Origin: Nitrospirota bacterium
Lineage (GTDB): Bacteria > Nitrospirota > UBA9217
Length of the DNA: 64,000 bases
Assembly (NCBI GenBank): GCA_963740085.1
Contig: CAVUCU010000001.1
Location: 1,184,001-1,248,000, forward strand
Direction: 5' to 3'
Shown: in pieces, positions 21,501 through 32,570 of the stretch
Position numbering within the stretch: position 1 is the first letter of the stretch
Layout of the letters: every line of letters begins with the position of its first letter
Notes under the pieces: model-generated
Told to the model about the DNA's origin: nothing
Seen by the model: the letters and a program-made list of their open reading frames with translations, nothing else
Database searches by the model: none
Position numbers and translations under genes: made by a program

Positions 21501-24398
21501 TGTTCTCCGTGAGGGACGCCGGGTTCCAGGCCGTAGTGCCTGCACCTTCCGGTATCAAAGCAGACGTCTGCTTGTTCGCACTGTCGAACGTATTGACGGT
21601 GTCAAGCTCAAAGGTGTACATCAGACCCTGACTGTCGGGGTCCGTCGCGTTGTTGACGACGAGCGTCGGCGTATAGGACGCAACTTCTCCGCCGCCGGCC
21701 GGTGAATTGATGACCGGCGCGGTCGGGGGATCGTTGGCGATGTTTACAAAGAAGGAGGCGCTCACGTAGTTGCTATATCCACTATGATTGTCTTTGGCCC
21801 TTGCCCTCCAGTAATAAGGGGTGTTTTCGGTCAGCGCCGGTGTCAATATCCAGGACGTCGTACCGTCCGCACCCTGGACCACACCGGTTGTACTGGCAAC
21901 GATGTTCGTGAACTGGCTGTCCGCGGCGACGTCGAAGTCATACGTAAGGGTATCGTAGATATCCAGGTCAGAAGCGTTGGTGAGGCTTAAGACCGGAGAC
22001 AGTTGCCCCACCTGGACGTTATTAACGGGCGCGCTGATACCGGGGTCGGAAGGCCTGTCATTAACGGTGTTAACGAAGAAGTTGGCCGTGGTCATCCAGT
22101 CGCTGTTCATATATCCGTCGCTTGCCTGAACTCTCCAGTAATACAGGGTGTTGTCGGTGAGCGCCGGCGCTGTCCAGCTTGTGTTCTCCGTCGTGGTGCC
22201 GGTCACCAGCGTGCGGAGCCCGCCATCCGAGTAGATCTCGAAGGTGTACATGACCTTATCGCCGTCGGGATCGACCGCCGCACTGACCGCAAGGGTCGGA
22301 GTCAGCGCCAGGGTCTCGGTCGAAGAGAGGGGCGAAGCGATCGTCGGCAGGGAGGGTGCGCTGTTCGCGAACGTCGCGAATATCGTGCAATCTGATTGCA
22401 CGGCAGCTATGGAATAGGTATTTCCGGCCAGTGTCCCATTGCAGCCGTTGACCGTCGGATGATATCCGGCATTCGGCGTTATCGTGCAGACCGATCCCGA
22501 GTTATAGGGTACGATGGCGGGCGTGCAGGAGACGCTCCCGTTCATATCCGTACTCGTCGATAGGGTAAAGGTGTTGATCGCGAACTGGGCCGCCACGGTG
22601 CAGTTGCCCGTGATCGGTCCCGTGGTGAAGTCGGTGCCGGACAATGTTCCGTTGCAGCCGGTGACTGCGGTAACGTGATACCCCGTGTCCGGGGTCACCG
22701 TGAACGTCGTTGTTCCATTGGAGGCCACCGTCTGGACCGTGTTCGGACTGATGCCGCCGCCAGATCCTGACGAAGGGGTTACCGCGAACGTGTCGATCGC
22801 GAACACCGCCGATAGGGTCATGTCGGACTCAATATTGGCTATGCTGTAGGTCGCGATCGCTCCTACCGATATCGATGCGCCATTGGTCGGCCCGACCAAT
22901 ACATCCGCCACATGATACCCCGCACCCGGCGTTATCGTGCATGCCGCGCTTGCGTCGAAGTCCACGACTGTCGGAGCGCACGAAATGCTTCCATGAGCGG
23001 CCGGGCCTGTGGTCACGCTGTACGTGGTGATATACGCGGCTGATTGTACGGCAGCGCTGTTGCCTGCATTGTCCACGGCAAGGTATTTCACGGTGGCGCT
23101 TTTTGAAATGGAGATGGGGCCGGCATACGCGGAAGAGTTCGCCGTTGGTATTGAACCGTCCGTGGTGTAGTAGATCTTATAGCATCCCGAACCCGTACCG
23201 TCGTCGCAGCTGAGCGACACCGTTGCCGAGCTGCCGATCCTTCCGCCTGCCGGAGATACGCCGGCAACCGGCGATAAGAGGTCCTGTTTGACCACGGAGG
23301 CCTTCACCGCCTCACTATTGCCCGCGTTATCTACCGACTGATACCGCACATACTGGGTGCAATTCGAACCCGCGACGCAGGCCACATTGATTGCGCGCAG
23401 ATATACGCGAGATTCGGCGTACAGGTATTGGCTGTGTCGACGCAATACTTTGGAGAGCCGGCAGCCACACCGGAGCCGTCGCCGTCGCTTGCAGACAGCA
23501 TCACACTCACCGGGCTGGTCCCTGTCCAGTTTCCAAATGCATAGCCCGCGGCGGATGCGCTGGTCGTCGGGGGCTGCAGGTCAGGCGGGTTTTGTTTGAC
23601 GACGGCGCTTTGTACGGCCTCGCTATTGCCCGCACGATCGAACGATTGGTAGCGCACATACTGGGTGCATATCGAGCCAGGGGCGCAGGTCACATTGATT
23701 GCCGCACTGTAGGCAATATTCGGGGCACAGGTATTGGCCGTGTCGACGCAATACTTCGGAGAGCCGGCCGCCACGCCGGAGCCGGTGCCGTCACTTGCAG
23801 ACAGCGTCACACTGATCGGGCTGGTCGCCGTCATACTGCCGAATACGTAACCTGCGGCAATGGCCTTGGTAACCGGATCGGTATTGTCCACGATCACGGT
23901 TACCCCGGGGCTGTCGGGTTCAACGCACCCGTCATGACTCTTGGCGCGCGACAGGATGACATAACTGCCGTCCTTGATCACTTTTTTGTCGCCTTTGTCG
24001 TCACCATCGAAATCTCCGTCTTCATCGTTTTTCTTGGAGATCATTTTCCAGGTGAAGCTCCAGGTGCTCCAGGACTTGTTTCCCGAGGTATCGGTTGCCA
24101 AATTCCAGCTCTTGCCGCCGTTCGTGGACACCTTAACCTTCAGCACGCTTGTAGCCGTGCTGCTCGCCGTACCCGTAATGGTATACGTCGTAACCCCGCC
24201 GATCTGGCTGCCGGCAAGAGGAGAGGTGATCGTGGATATCGGAGGCGCGGCGCAATGATCATTGCCCCATTCCTCCGCATGGGCCGGAAGAGACAGTGCC
24301 GACAGGCTGACCGCCGTCACGATCGCAAGTACCATTCTTAAAGAACGGACCCCTTTTTTCAGCATGAAAGCAGCCAACCAGATCACCAACGAGTTCAT
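18529..24398 (-). CDS. Large secreted surface protein (~1950 aa) with Ig/Fn3-like, chitobiase-C-like and 13 InlB-B-like repeats (frameshifted)
   Basis: ORFs 23331..24680 and 18529..23445 share a duplicated CVDTANTC...YVRYQS domain across an indel near 23400; ATG 24398 has an AAGGAGG RBS; signal peptide ends PAHA; IYYTTDGS.P, four YYWR domains, repeated GYHVADVLVDG...YTFTNVTAAHTI. Confidence 0.85.
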
Positions 24399-24481
24399 CT
24401 TTTCCTCCTTATAAAACCCTGGATTATTTATCGGGCTGCCGTGCCTGATGTAAGCAGTGTTCCCGCATGAAGATGTACAAA

Positions 24482-24498
24482 AGCAATAATAAGGCCAA
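24482..24498 (-). promoter_or_regulatory. sigma54 (-24/-12) promoter of the surface protein gene
   Basis: TTGGCCTTATTATTGCT = GG-N10-GC, ~85 bp upstream of the ATG, with an AT-rich region upstream. Confidence 0.65.
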
Positions 24499-24902
24499 AG
24501 TACGAAAAAAAATAAAAAAAGGTCATAACCAATAAAATTTAGTTTACATTTCAGGCGGATAAATATCAAAAAATAATGGTTTTTCGACATAATCAAGCAT
24601 GTTTTATCCATCATTATTTTTACATACTGGTCAAATAACCATGAGTGCCCTGTGAAATAGCCAAAATGGCGGGACGACAAGCTGCGCGGTTATGTTTATG
24701 ATTATTATGATGAATGTTAATTGGTATTATAGAGACGCGGGAAGGTTACACAGAGGTGGCCGCAGGCGCGACCTGTTCTTGAAACTGCTTTTTTTCAGGT
24801 ATGTATCATCAATAAATGACCAAGAAACCCGGCATGATAAGGATTGATTACGTCTTACGTCCTCGAGCATGCACAGGTACTGCCGAGACCGCATGTCGAT
24901 TG

Positions 24903-25646
24903 CTACTTCTTTTGGAAGATCGCCGGGCGCATGATGCCCCATCGCTGAAACAGGAATTTCAACGAAGTTGCCAGGACGCCTAATCCGTATTTAACGCTCC
25001 TCCGGAAGTTGATCGAGGAGGCATCCTCGAAATATCTCGTGGGACAGCTGATCTCTCCGATCCGGAATCCGAAATACACCGACTGGGCGAGCATCTCGTT
25101 GTCAAACACGAAATCATCGGAATTCTCTTCAAGCGGAAGCGTTTCAAGAACTTTGCGGCTGAACGCCCGGAACCCCGTATGATATTCCGACAGTTTTACG
25201 CCAAGCGCCAGATTCTCCGCAAGCGTAAGAAACCGGTTCGCAATATACTTGTACAAGGGCATCCCGCCTTTCAGCGCTTTTCCACCGAGTACCCGCGAGC
25301 CGAGCACAACATCATAATGCTCCGAAATGACCATAGATGCCATTGCCGTGATCAGACGGGGGGAATACTGGTAATCGGGGTGGACCATGACCACCACGTC
25401 GGCCCCTTTTGACAATGCCTCGCGATAACACGTTTTCTGGTTGCCGCCGTAGCCGCGATTCTCAGAATGAATGATCGTATGAATACCGAGTTCCATCGCT
25501 TTTGCCGGGGTATCATCCCTGCTTGCGTCATCGACCAGGATCACCTCATCCACGATATCATGCGGAATTTCATTATATGTCAACTCAAGGGTCTTGGACG
25601 CGTTATAGGCCGGCATCACCACAACTATTTTTTTCTGATGAAGCAT
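24903..25646 (-). CDS. GT2 glycosyltransferase (DPM synthase-like)
   Basis: [37 protein letters not shown]. Confidence 0.92.
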   Translation of the reverse strand: MLHQKKIVVVMPAYNASKTLELTYNEIPHDIVDEVILVDDASRDDTPAKAMELGIHTIIHSENRGYGGNQKTCYREALSKGADVVVMVHPDYQYSPRLITAMASMVISEHYDVVLGSRVLGGKALKGGMPLYKYIANRFLTLAENLALGVKLSEYHTGFRAFSRKVLETLPLEENSDDFVFDNEMLAQSVYFGFRIGEISCPTRYFEDASSINFRRSVKYGLGVLATSLKFLFQRWGIMRPAIFQKK

Positions 25647-25720
25647 TGCTCCTCCTTGAGCTTATTTGTTCCTGCAAAAGTATTTGTGAAACACGGGCAG
25701 TATGTATATACAAGAGCAGA

Positions 25721-26107
25721 CTATTTTTCAAATACCCACATTTTTCGCGCACCGAAATTCCAGAAAAATATAATTCCGGTCGCTGCTATCTTCGCTGGCA
25801 TTGCCTGCATTGCAAAAAATCCGACGAATAATGACATCAGAAGCAGATTCAGGAACAGACCCATCGCGCTGACCGCGTAAAGCAGGATCAATTCCTTATG
25901 AGCAGGGTGTCTGCCGCGTACGAACACAAAAAGAACGCTGAGGAGGTAATTGACCGCTGTCGCTATAATGAAACTTATGGTTGCCGCGGCCAGATAGTGT
26001 AACCGCGCGGCCGTGATGAGCAGGGCAAAAGTAGTCCATTCAACAAGCGCAGCGGTTCCGCCGACACCCACATATTTGATCAGTTGTATCGATGTTCTTT
26101 TTGTCAT
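25721..26107 (-). CDS. GtrA family lipid-linked sugar flippase
   Basis: 128 aa, 4 TMs; KYVGVG, NYLLS, WNF...WVF. Confidence 0.9.
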   Translation of the reverse strand: MTKRTSIQLIKYVGVGGTAALVEWTTFALLITAARLHYLAAATISFIIATAVNYLLSVLFVFVRGRHPAHKELILLYAVSAMGLFLNLLLMSLFVGFFAMQAMPAKIAATGIIFFWNFGARKMWVFEK

Positions 26108-26121
26108 GAATTTCTGAAGTG

Positions 26122-26829
26122 CTATCGGAAGAGATTATATTTCAAAATGCAGTAAAAGGCTCGAAACCCGTCCTTCCATCCGATCTTCTTGCCTTCCGCG
26201 TAGTTCCTCCCGTAATATGAAATGCCCACTTCATAGATACGGCAGCCCATCTTTGCGACCTTTGCGGTGATCTCGGGCTCGAACCCGAAGCGGTCTTCCT
26301 CGATGGAAATGCCCTGAATGATCTCACGCCTGAATGCCTTATAACAGGTCTCCATGTCCGTAAGATTGATGTTCGTAAACATGTTCGACAGCGTTGTGAG
26401 AACCCAGTTCCCCAGGGAGTGCCAGTAATACAGGACACGGTGCGGCCTGCTGCCCATGAAACGTGAACCGAAGACCACATCGGCCTTACCGGTGAGGATC
26501 GGCTCCAGCAGCAGGGGGTACTCCTGCGGGTCATATTCGAGATCGGCATCCTGGATGATGATGATGTCACCGCTTGCCGCCGCAATGCCGGTGCGCAGTG
26601 AGGCGCCTTTACCCTGGTTGTATTCGTGATAGATCACTTTATCAACGAGGGGTGCAATGGTGGATGCGAGCAGGTCCCGTGTGCCATCCGTCGAGCAGTC
26701 ATCAACGACGATGATCTCTTTGTGTTCAACGGGAGCTGCACGGACTGCACGAAGGATGTCCGTGATCGTGTTCTTTTCATTATAACAGGGGATGATGATG
26801 CTGAGCTTCGTTGCCTTGTTGATGGGCAT
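26122..26829 (-). CDS. GT2 glycosyltransferase (DPM1-like)
   Basis: [49 protein letters not shown]. Confidence 0.93.
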   Translation of the reverse strand: MPINKATKLSIIIPCYNEKNTITDILRAVRAAPVEHKEIIVVDDCSTDGTRDLLASTIAPLVDKVIYHEYNQGKGASLRTGIAAASGDIIIIQDADLEYDPQEYPLLLEPILTGKADVVFGSRFMGSRPHRVLYYWHSLGNWVLTTLSNMFTNINLTDMETCYKAFRREIIQGISIEEDRFGFEPEITAKVAKMGCRIYEVGISYYGRNYAEGKKIGWKDGFRAFYCILKYNLFR

Positions 26830-27029
26830 GTTCACACACAGATCCTTGTCAGTCGTACGGGCCACATGGTAGGTTTTACAATATACTGGTCTTGAAAGCA
26901 AGGACAACGTGGACGGGCACGTGAGCAACCGGCAATGGCCACGCCGGAGGCATTCTCTCCGCTTGCATTAGCAAACGGGACCAACTCATCCACACCATCA
27001 TCGAATATGCCGTCTTCCCGACGAGCAGG

Positions 27030-27758
27030 CTAACTCGCGACAACGAGTATTCGCGTTGTTCGTTTCCAGCTTATGAACGTTTCGGTCAAAATCAGGAGCA
27101 GAAACAACACGAAGTTTGCCGCGCGAAGAAGGCCTATGGGAAGCCTGCTCGTTGCTCCGCCTTGTTGGTAGGCCCGCAGGCTCCTTCGCGTCAGCCATCG
27201 TTCTATCGTGCCGGAAAGTTTATAGGTCCGAACGTTTTGAAAACCCTTTGCCTGGAGCTTGTTCTCAAGCTCCCCCGGATCATATCGTCTCACATGCCCC
27301 ACGAACTCATCGTCCTCTGCCCAATACCGCTTCTGGAACGGCACGGTCAACACCAGGACCCCGCCCGGCCTCAAGACCCTCCGCAGTTCCGAGAGCGCCA
27401 ATAGATCATCCGGGACATGCTCCAGCACCTCCGAACACAGAACGCAATCGAACGAGGCGGCATCGAATGTCATGGCGGTGATCGACTGTACCGATTTCGA
27501 CTCGCACACTACAAGTCGCATGGCCTCTTCCGAGAGATCAGCCACGACGGTCCTCGTCAGATCGGGACTCACGGGCGCGGTCCCGGACCCGATATCCAGG
27601 ATGCGACCCGAGGCGGGAACGTGCTTCGCGATCTTCCATTTTCTGAACCGGTAATTAAACAGGTTTTTTTTGAGAGCAAGATAGACCTTGTCCCGGAAGA
27701 AGTCGTCAAATCTATTTGGTGAAGGAGGTGTCATCTGGGAAGCAGTCAAAAAATTCAT
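27030..27758 (-). CDS. Class I SAM-dependent methyltransferase
   Basis: LDIGSG, SFDCVLCSEVLEH, RVLRPGG, GHVRRY. Confidence 0.9.
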   Translation of the reverse strand: MNFLTASQMTPPSPNRFDDFFRDKVYLALKKNLFNYRFRKWKIAKHVPASGRILDIGSGTAPVSPDLTRTVVADLSEEAMRLVVCESKSVQSITAMTFDAASFDCVLCSEVLEHVPDDLLALSELRRVLRPGGVLVLTVPFQKRYWAEDDEFVGHVRRYDPGELENKLQAKGFQNVRTYKLSGTIERWLTRRSLRAYQQGGATSRLPIGLLRAANFVLFLLLILTETFISWKRTTRILVVAS

Positions 27759-27851
27759 GACTCCGTCATCGTTTTTTCGGCATTAGAACCAGGCGGATTT
27801 CATGGAGAATTGCGGGACAGGTTCAATTTAAGACCCGTACATAAGCGTTTA

Positions 27852-27880
27852 ATTATAACAAAGATACGAAACTCTTGCAA
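27852..27880 (-). promoter_or_regulatory. sigma70-type promoter of the MTase-GT2-GtrA-GT2 operon
   Basis: TTGCAA-N17-TATAAT. Confidence 0.6.
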
Positions 27881-27956
27881 GAGAAGATAGAATTCATGGA
27901 ATATTTTGGTAAGAATAGGGCTTTTAACTTTGGCTTGACATGAACCCATTGGGATG

Positions 27957-27985
27957 TTGACAGGATGTCGGGTTTGCGTTAAAAT
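27957..27985 (+). promoter_or_regulatory. sigma70-type promoter of the two-component operon
   Basis: TTGACA-N17-TAAAAT. Confidence 0.6.
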
Positions 27986-28179
27986 AACAAGGTTTTACGC
28001 TCTTCATCAAAGGCTCTCCTGGATACAAGGAGTCGCTTGGCCGGCCCATCGATCTGAATGCCGTTTTTTAGTTGGTGTATGCGACAGCACTAAAATCGAA
28101 TCTCGAAACCACAGGTAGCGGTACTCAATCGGTTGCGTGTGCTCCCCGCTATGGCATTCAGTAAAGTTCTCCCTTTACG

Positions 28180-30024
28180 ATGAAAAAAAAGATCATCATA
28201 GTCCTGAGCGTCGTGGCCCTCTTCTTTCTTCTCGGCGGAATCTACCTCATCAGAGCGATCGATACCAACGCGTCGCGATTCGACAACATTATCATGTTTC
28301 ATCAGATCGAGATACTGAGGGAGCGCCTCTTGCTGGATATTCGGGGGGTTCAGGCCGATGTGTATTCGCAAGGCACGGCGCACCAGGAAAGTCCCGACGC
28401 GGTCATGAGTCATGTTCATGAAATGAAAAATACGATGCAGACCTGTTTCGAGTGTCACCATTCAGAGATCGTGACCGAGCGTCTCCTCGATCTGCGCAAA
28501 CAGGTCGATCAATATGGTGATGCATTGGGCGCGTTATTAGCCCTCGGGATGAAACCCGCCCGGTTTCGCACAAAACAGGAATACGCACACATCCTCGGGG
28601 ATTCTCTCGTCAGCAAGCTCAACACCATGATCGTCCTGACCAAGAAGAAACTTGACGAGCGGACGGAGGAAGCCGTGCATGAAGTACACCGGACACGAGT
28701 CTTCCTGCTCATGCTTGTTGCTGCCGGACCCCTGCTGATCGCGATACTGGCCTTTACGGTCATCAGGGGTGTTACCGGCCCGATCAGCGTCCTCCTCGAT
28801 GCAACGAGAAAATTGAAGGCGGGTAACCTGGAGTACCGAATCGAAGGGCTGCAGGATGAGTTCGGCGAACTGGCAGTCGGATTCAACGTGATGGCGGACT
28901 CGCTGAAAGAACACTTAAAAAAAATAGAAGAGAGCGAAAAACGTTACCGCCTGCTGTTCGAAATCGCCGGGGACGCCATTTTCATCCTTGATGCCGAGGG
29001 AGACGCGGCGGGCAATATCGTTGCCGCAAATCAGGCGGCTGTGGCGCTGCATGGTTATACGCATGAGGAACTGCTTGCAATGAACATACGGGACCTTGAC
29101 GCGCCTGGAGATGCAGCAAAGGTATCGGACCGAATACGGCGAATATTCAACGGAGAGTGGATCAAGACGGAGATCGACCACGTCAAGAAAGACGGTACTG
29201 TTTTTCCCATAGAAATAAGCGCCGGCCTGCTCGAATTCGAAAATCACCGCTATATCCTCGCACTTGACCGAGACGTCACGGAACGGAAGCAGATGGAGCA
29301 GGCTCTCCAGCGTACCGAGCAGATCAAATGTGCGGGAGAGATGGCAACGGGGCTCGCACACGAGATCAAGAATCCCCTTGCGGGCATCAAGCTGTCGATC
29401 GAGGTCCTTTCCCACTCGATGGAAAAAAACCTGGAGGGAGAGGACAAGGACATTCTCGCGAAGGTGATCGATGAGATCAAAAGAATAGAATCACTGATAA
29501 AAGGTCTTCTCAATTTTGCCAGACCGCCGCTGCCCCAATTCGTCAAAACAGATGTGAACGCCGTCCTTGACTCCGTTGCAGGCCTGGTACTGCAAAATCA
29601 GTCCCGCACACCGGGAGCCGCGCGTTCGATCGCTCTGCTCAAGGACTTTGACGGCCGTCTGCCGGAAATCATGGCTGACCCGATGCAGTTGCGGCAGGTA
29701 TTCATGAATCTGATCCTGAATGCCGTCGATGCCATGAAGGATGGCGGAAACCTGGGAATAAAGACCCGATTTGATCCTACGACCCGGTCTGTCCGGGTGG
29801 AGCTGTCCGATACCGGCAGGGGAATAGACGCCGGGGTCATGGGAAAGCTCTTCCAGCCTTTCTTCACGACGAAGTCAAAGGGAACCGGCCTCGGGCTTGC
29901 AATTTCACAACGGCTGGTTGAAGACCACGGGGGGAAAATCGGTTTCGAGCAGAACGCCGCCGGAGGCGCCACGTTCATCATAACGCTCCCGGTTACACGG
30001 TCAGAGAGGGTGATCATAGCATGA
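28180..30024 (+). CDS. Sensor histidine kinase with periplasmic heme-c motif, HAMP and PAS
   Basis: Two TMs, CFECH between them, DEFGELA (HAMP), PAS, LAHEIKNPL, NLILNA, DTGRG, GTGLGL. Confidence 0.93.
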   Translation: MKKKIIIVLSVVALFFLLGGIYLIRAIDTNASRFDNIIMFHQIEILRERLLLDIRGVQADVYSQGTAHQESPDAVMSHVHEMKNTMQTCFECHHSEIVTERLLDLRKQVDQYGDALGALLALGMKPARFRTKQEYAHILGDSLVSKLNTMIVLTKKKLDERTEEAVHEVHRTRVFLLMLVAAGPLLIAILAFTVIRGVTGPISVLLDATRKLKAGNLEYRIEGLQDEFGELAVGFNVMADSLKEHLKKIEESEKRYRLLFEIAGDAIFILDAEGDAAGNIVAANQAAVALHGYTHEELLAMNIRDLDAPGDAAKVSDRIRRIFNGEWIKTEIDHVKKDGTVFPIEISAGLLEFENHRYILALDRDVTERKQMEQALQRTEQIKCAGEMATGLAHEIKNPLAGIKLSIEVLSHSMEKNLEGEDKDILAKVIDEIKRIESLIKGLLNFARPPLPQFVKTDVNAVLDSVAGLVLQNQSRTPGAARSIALLKDFDGRLPEIMADPMQLRQVFMNLILNAVDAMKDGGNLGIKTRFDPTTRSVRVELSDTGRGIDAGVMGKLFQPFFTTKSKGTGLGLAISQRLVEDHGGKIGFEQNAAGGATFIITLPVTRSERVIIA

Positions 30025-31409
30025 AAAGCAGGCAGAGAATCTATCTCGTTGATGATGATGAGCTTATCATCTCGATGCTCTCGCGGGTATTAAAGAGCGG
30101 CGGATATGAGGTGCGTACCGCGAACAACGCAGACGGCATCGTGAGCAAGATCAGATCCTGGAACCCTGCCGTCGTTCTCCTCGATATCCGGATCGCTGAT
30201 CAGAGCGGCATCGATGTCCTGAAGGACATTGTCGATCAGGCGATCGCGACACAGGTTGTCATGCTGACAGCGGATGACACGGCGGAGACCGCGGTAAAGG
30301 CGATGAAGCTTGGCGCCGCCGATTATCTCACGAAGCCTTTTAACGTTGATGAAGTAGCGATCGTTCTCAATAACATCATTGAAAAAGGGAAATTGAAAAA
30401 AGAGGTCGACTATCTCAGAAAGGTGCAGTCGGAGGTAATCGAGAAAGAGATCATCGGCGCATCGGCGGCAGTTCAGGGAATAAAATCGAAGATCGAGATG
30501 ATGGCTGATGCATCGATATCAACCTTGCTTATCACCGGGGAGAGCGGGACCGGGAAGGAACTGTTCGCGCGGTATGCCCACCGGATGATCCGTGATGAAA
30601 GAGTGTCCGGCTTTTCTCCTTTCATCAAATTAAACTGCGCTGCCCTTCCTGAAACCCTCCTGGAGAGCGAACTCTTCGGGTACGAAAAGGGCTCGTTCAC
30701 CGATGCCCGTGCGGACAAGAAGGGATTGTTCGAGATGTCGGAGGGCGGATCGATCCTCCTTGATGAGATCGGCGACATGAAACAGGGCCTCCAGGGCAAA
30801 CTCCTGCGGGTGCTGGAGGAGCGGACGGTACGGCCGATCGGAGGGAGTGAGGAAATTCCCATCGATGTGACGGTCATCGCCACCACGAACAGAAACCTCA
30901 AAGAAGCGGTAGAGAAGAGTGAATTCAGGATGGATCTATTCTACCGGTTGAACACCTTCTATCTTCACGTACCCCCGCTGAGAGAGCGGAAAGAGGACAT
31001 TCCGCTCATCGCCCGCCACTACCTCTCGCAGTTCGCCACACGGTTTAAAAAGAAGACCGTGAAAAGCCTCTCGCCCGAAACAGAAGAACTCCTGAGATCG
31101 TACCTCTGGCCGGGAAACATCCGGGAGCTTCGAAATCTGGTGGAACGGCTTGTGGTGCTGGAAAGCGCGGAAGAAATACTCCCGGAGCATCTGCCGAACT
31201 GGTTGATGGGACAGCCAAGCGCCGTCAGCCATGCACCCGATGGGAAGTTCACGCTCCCCGAGGGAGGCATCTCGCTTGACGAAGTTGAAAAGGACCTGAT
31301 CATCCAGGCGCTGGAACGGACAAAAAATAACAAGGCCCAGGCGGCCAAGCTCCTGCAGATAAGCTATGATACTCTTCGTTACCAGGTAAAGAAATTTGGA
31401 TTAGACTGA
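30021..31409 (+). CDS. sigma54-dependent response regulator (NtrC family)
   Basis: REC domain, GESGTGKE, ESELFGYEKGSFTDA, LLDEIG, WPGNIREL, Fis-type HTH. Confidence 0.95.
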   Translation: MKSRQRIYLVDDDELIISMLSRVLKSGGYEVRTANNADGIVSKIRSWNPAVVLLDIRIADQSGIDVLKDIVDQAIATQVVMLTADDTAETAVKAMKLGAADYLTKPFNVDEVAIVLNNIIEKGKLKKEVDYLRKVQSEVIEKEIIGASAAVQGIKSKIEMMADASISTLLITGESGTGKELFARYAHRMIRDERVSGFSPFIKLNCAALPETLLESELFGYEKGSFTDARADKKGLFEMSEGGSILLDEIGDMKQGLQGKLLRVLEERTVRPIGGSEEIPIDVTVIATTNRNLKEAVEKSEFRMDLFYRLNTFYLHVPPLRERKEDIPLIARHYLSQFATRFKKKTVKSLSPETEELLRSYLWPGNIRELRNLVERLVVLESAEEILPEHLPNWLMGQPSAVSHAPDGKFTLPEGGISLDEVEKDLIIQALERTKNNKAQAAKLLQISYDTLRYQVKKFGLD

Positions 31410-31432
31410 CCGTCTCCAGCGGCCTGTGCCTT

Positions 31433-32167
31433 CTAAAGGGAGAGCCGGGGAGGACCCTCCGGCATGACGAACTGGATCCCTGCGTGGTAGGAGTCATCGG
31501 CTCCCCTGGACTTGCTCCATCGCACGACCCCCGTACTCAGTACAGGATTGTCACTGAACCTGAGAAGTTGGCCGGGTTTGAGCAGATAATCCGTCCGGAT
31601 ACACATGCCACTGTCGTTCATCTCGAGAATGCCGGCGGTGAAGCTCTTTTCCCCGTGTTCACCATCTGAGGTGACCACAGAGCAGGTCGTATTGGGCATG
31701 ACTGCCTTTCTTTCGCTCTGTCTCTTGTCCTCTATCAGCCAGTTTTCGAATGTTTCGTACCCTGACCGGCTGCAGGAATGATCTCCCGACTGACGTATTG
31801 ACATCCCCTGCCCGATGATGCGATCCACAAAAAGCTTGACACGATCCAGATCAAATGGCTTGGAAAGAAGCAGATGCGCATTCGCCTGAATGGATTGAAT
31901 TGTTGCAGGATCATCAACCACGCTCGCCGTCATTATAATGATCTTCGTGCCCGGCGAGGATTGCTTGATGGTCTTCATAAGATCCAGGCCGCTTATGTCA
32001 GGCAGGTTAACGTCAAGAAAACAAAGATCGTAAAAGATATGGTTTATTTCGCTGAGCGCATCTTTGCCGCATTCAACTGCCTTGATACAGGTATCGTCCC
32101 GCTGAAGCGAAGCGGAAAGGGAGTACCGGATCAAACTTTCATCATCTACGATCAATATTCTTTTCAA
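31433..32167 (-). CDS. Response regulator with C-terminal PilZ-like domain
   Basis: ILIVDD, LDVNLPD, KPFD; RQSER and EMNDSG resemble PilZ RxxxR and D/NxSxxG; TTG start with GGGGAG RBS (ORF track start 32236). Confidence 0.8.
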   Translation of the reverse strand: MKRILIVDDESLIRYSLSASLQRDDTCIKAVECGKDALSEINHIFYDLCFLDVNLPDISGLDLMKTIKQSSPGTKIIIMTASVVDDPATIQSIQANAHLLLSKPFDLDRVKLFVDRIIGQGMSIRQSGDHSCSRSGYETFENWLIEDKRQSERKAVMPNTTCSVVTSDGEHGEKSFTAGILEMNDSGMCIRTDYLLKPGQLLRFSDNPVLSTGVVRWSKSRGADDSYHAGIQFVMPEGPPRLSL

Positions 32168-32231
32168 TACGGGGCTCCCCAATCCACGGCATAAATGGTT
32201 GCTGTTTTCATGTCCTAATCGAATACTAACA

Positions 32232-32248
32232 AGCAATTACCATACCAG
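32232..32248 (-). promoter_or_regulatory. sigma54 (-24/-12) promoter
   Basis: CTGGTATGGTAATTGCT = GG-N10-GC upstream of the REC-PilZ gene. Confidence 0.6.
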
Positions 32249-32570
32249 TCCCATATCACAACGATGTGACCTATTATTTTTTGGCAACTCCCTAATTTAA
32301 AATGGTTAGATCCTGCTGAGATCGCCCCATCTCCCAAAAAAAAAGTATTGAATAACTTCGATCTGGTGAAATTGCGACATAGAGCTGGTGATTTTCCCCA
32401 TTCCAAAATCAAGAATGCATAACTTTTATCACCGACAGATTCCCTCTGTCAAAGTTTTTCCCCCGCATGAAGGGCAGTCGCGGTCCTTGCGAGCATGAAC
32501 TTCTTGACCGAACGAGTGAACACGTTCGGATCACTCACCATACTACTTTATTAGCATCTATGAGATCTCC

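Noticed and set aside
24399-24680. N-terminal extension of the surface protein ORF to 24680
   Set aside because: AT-rich promoter region; the RBS, sigma54 motif and signal peptide point to ATG 24398
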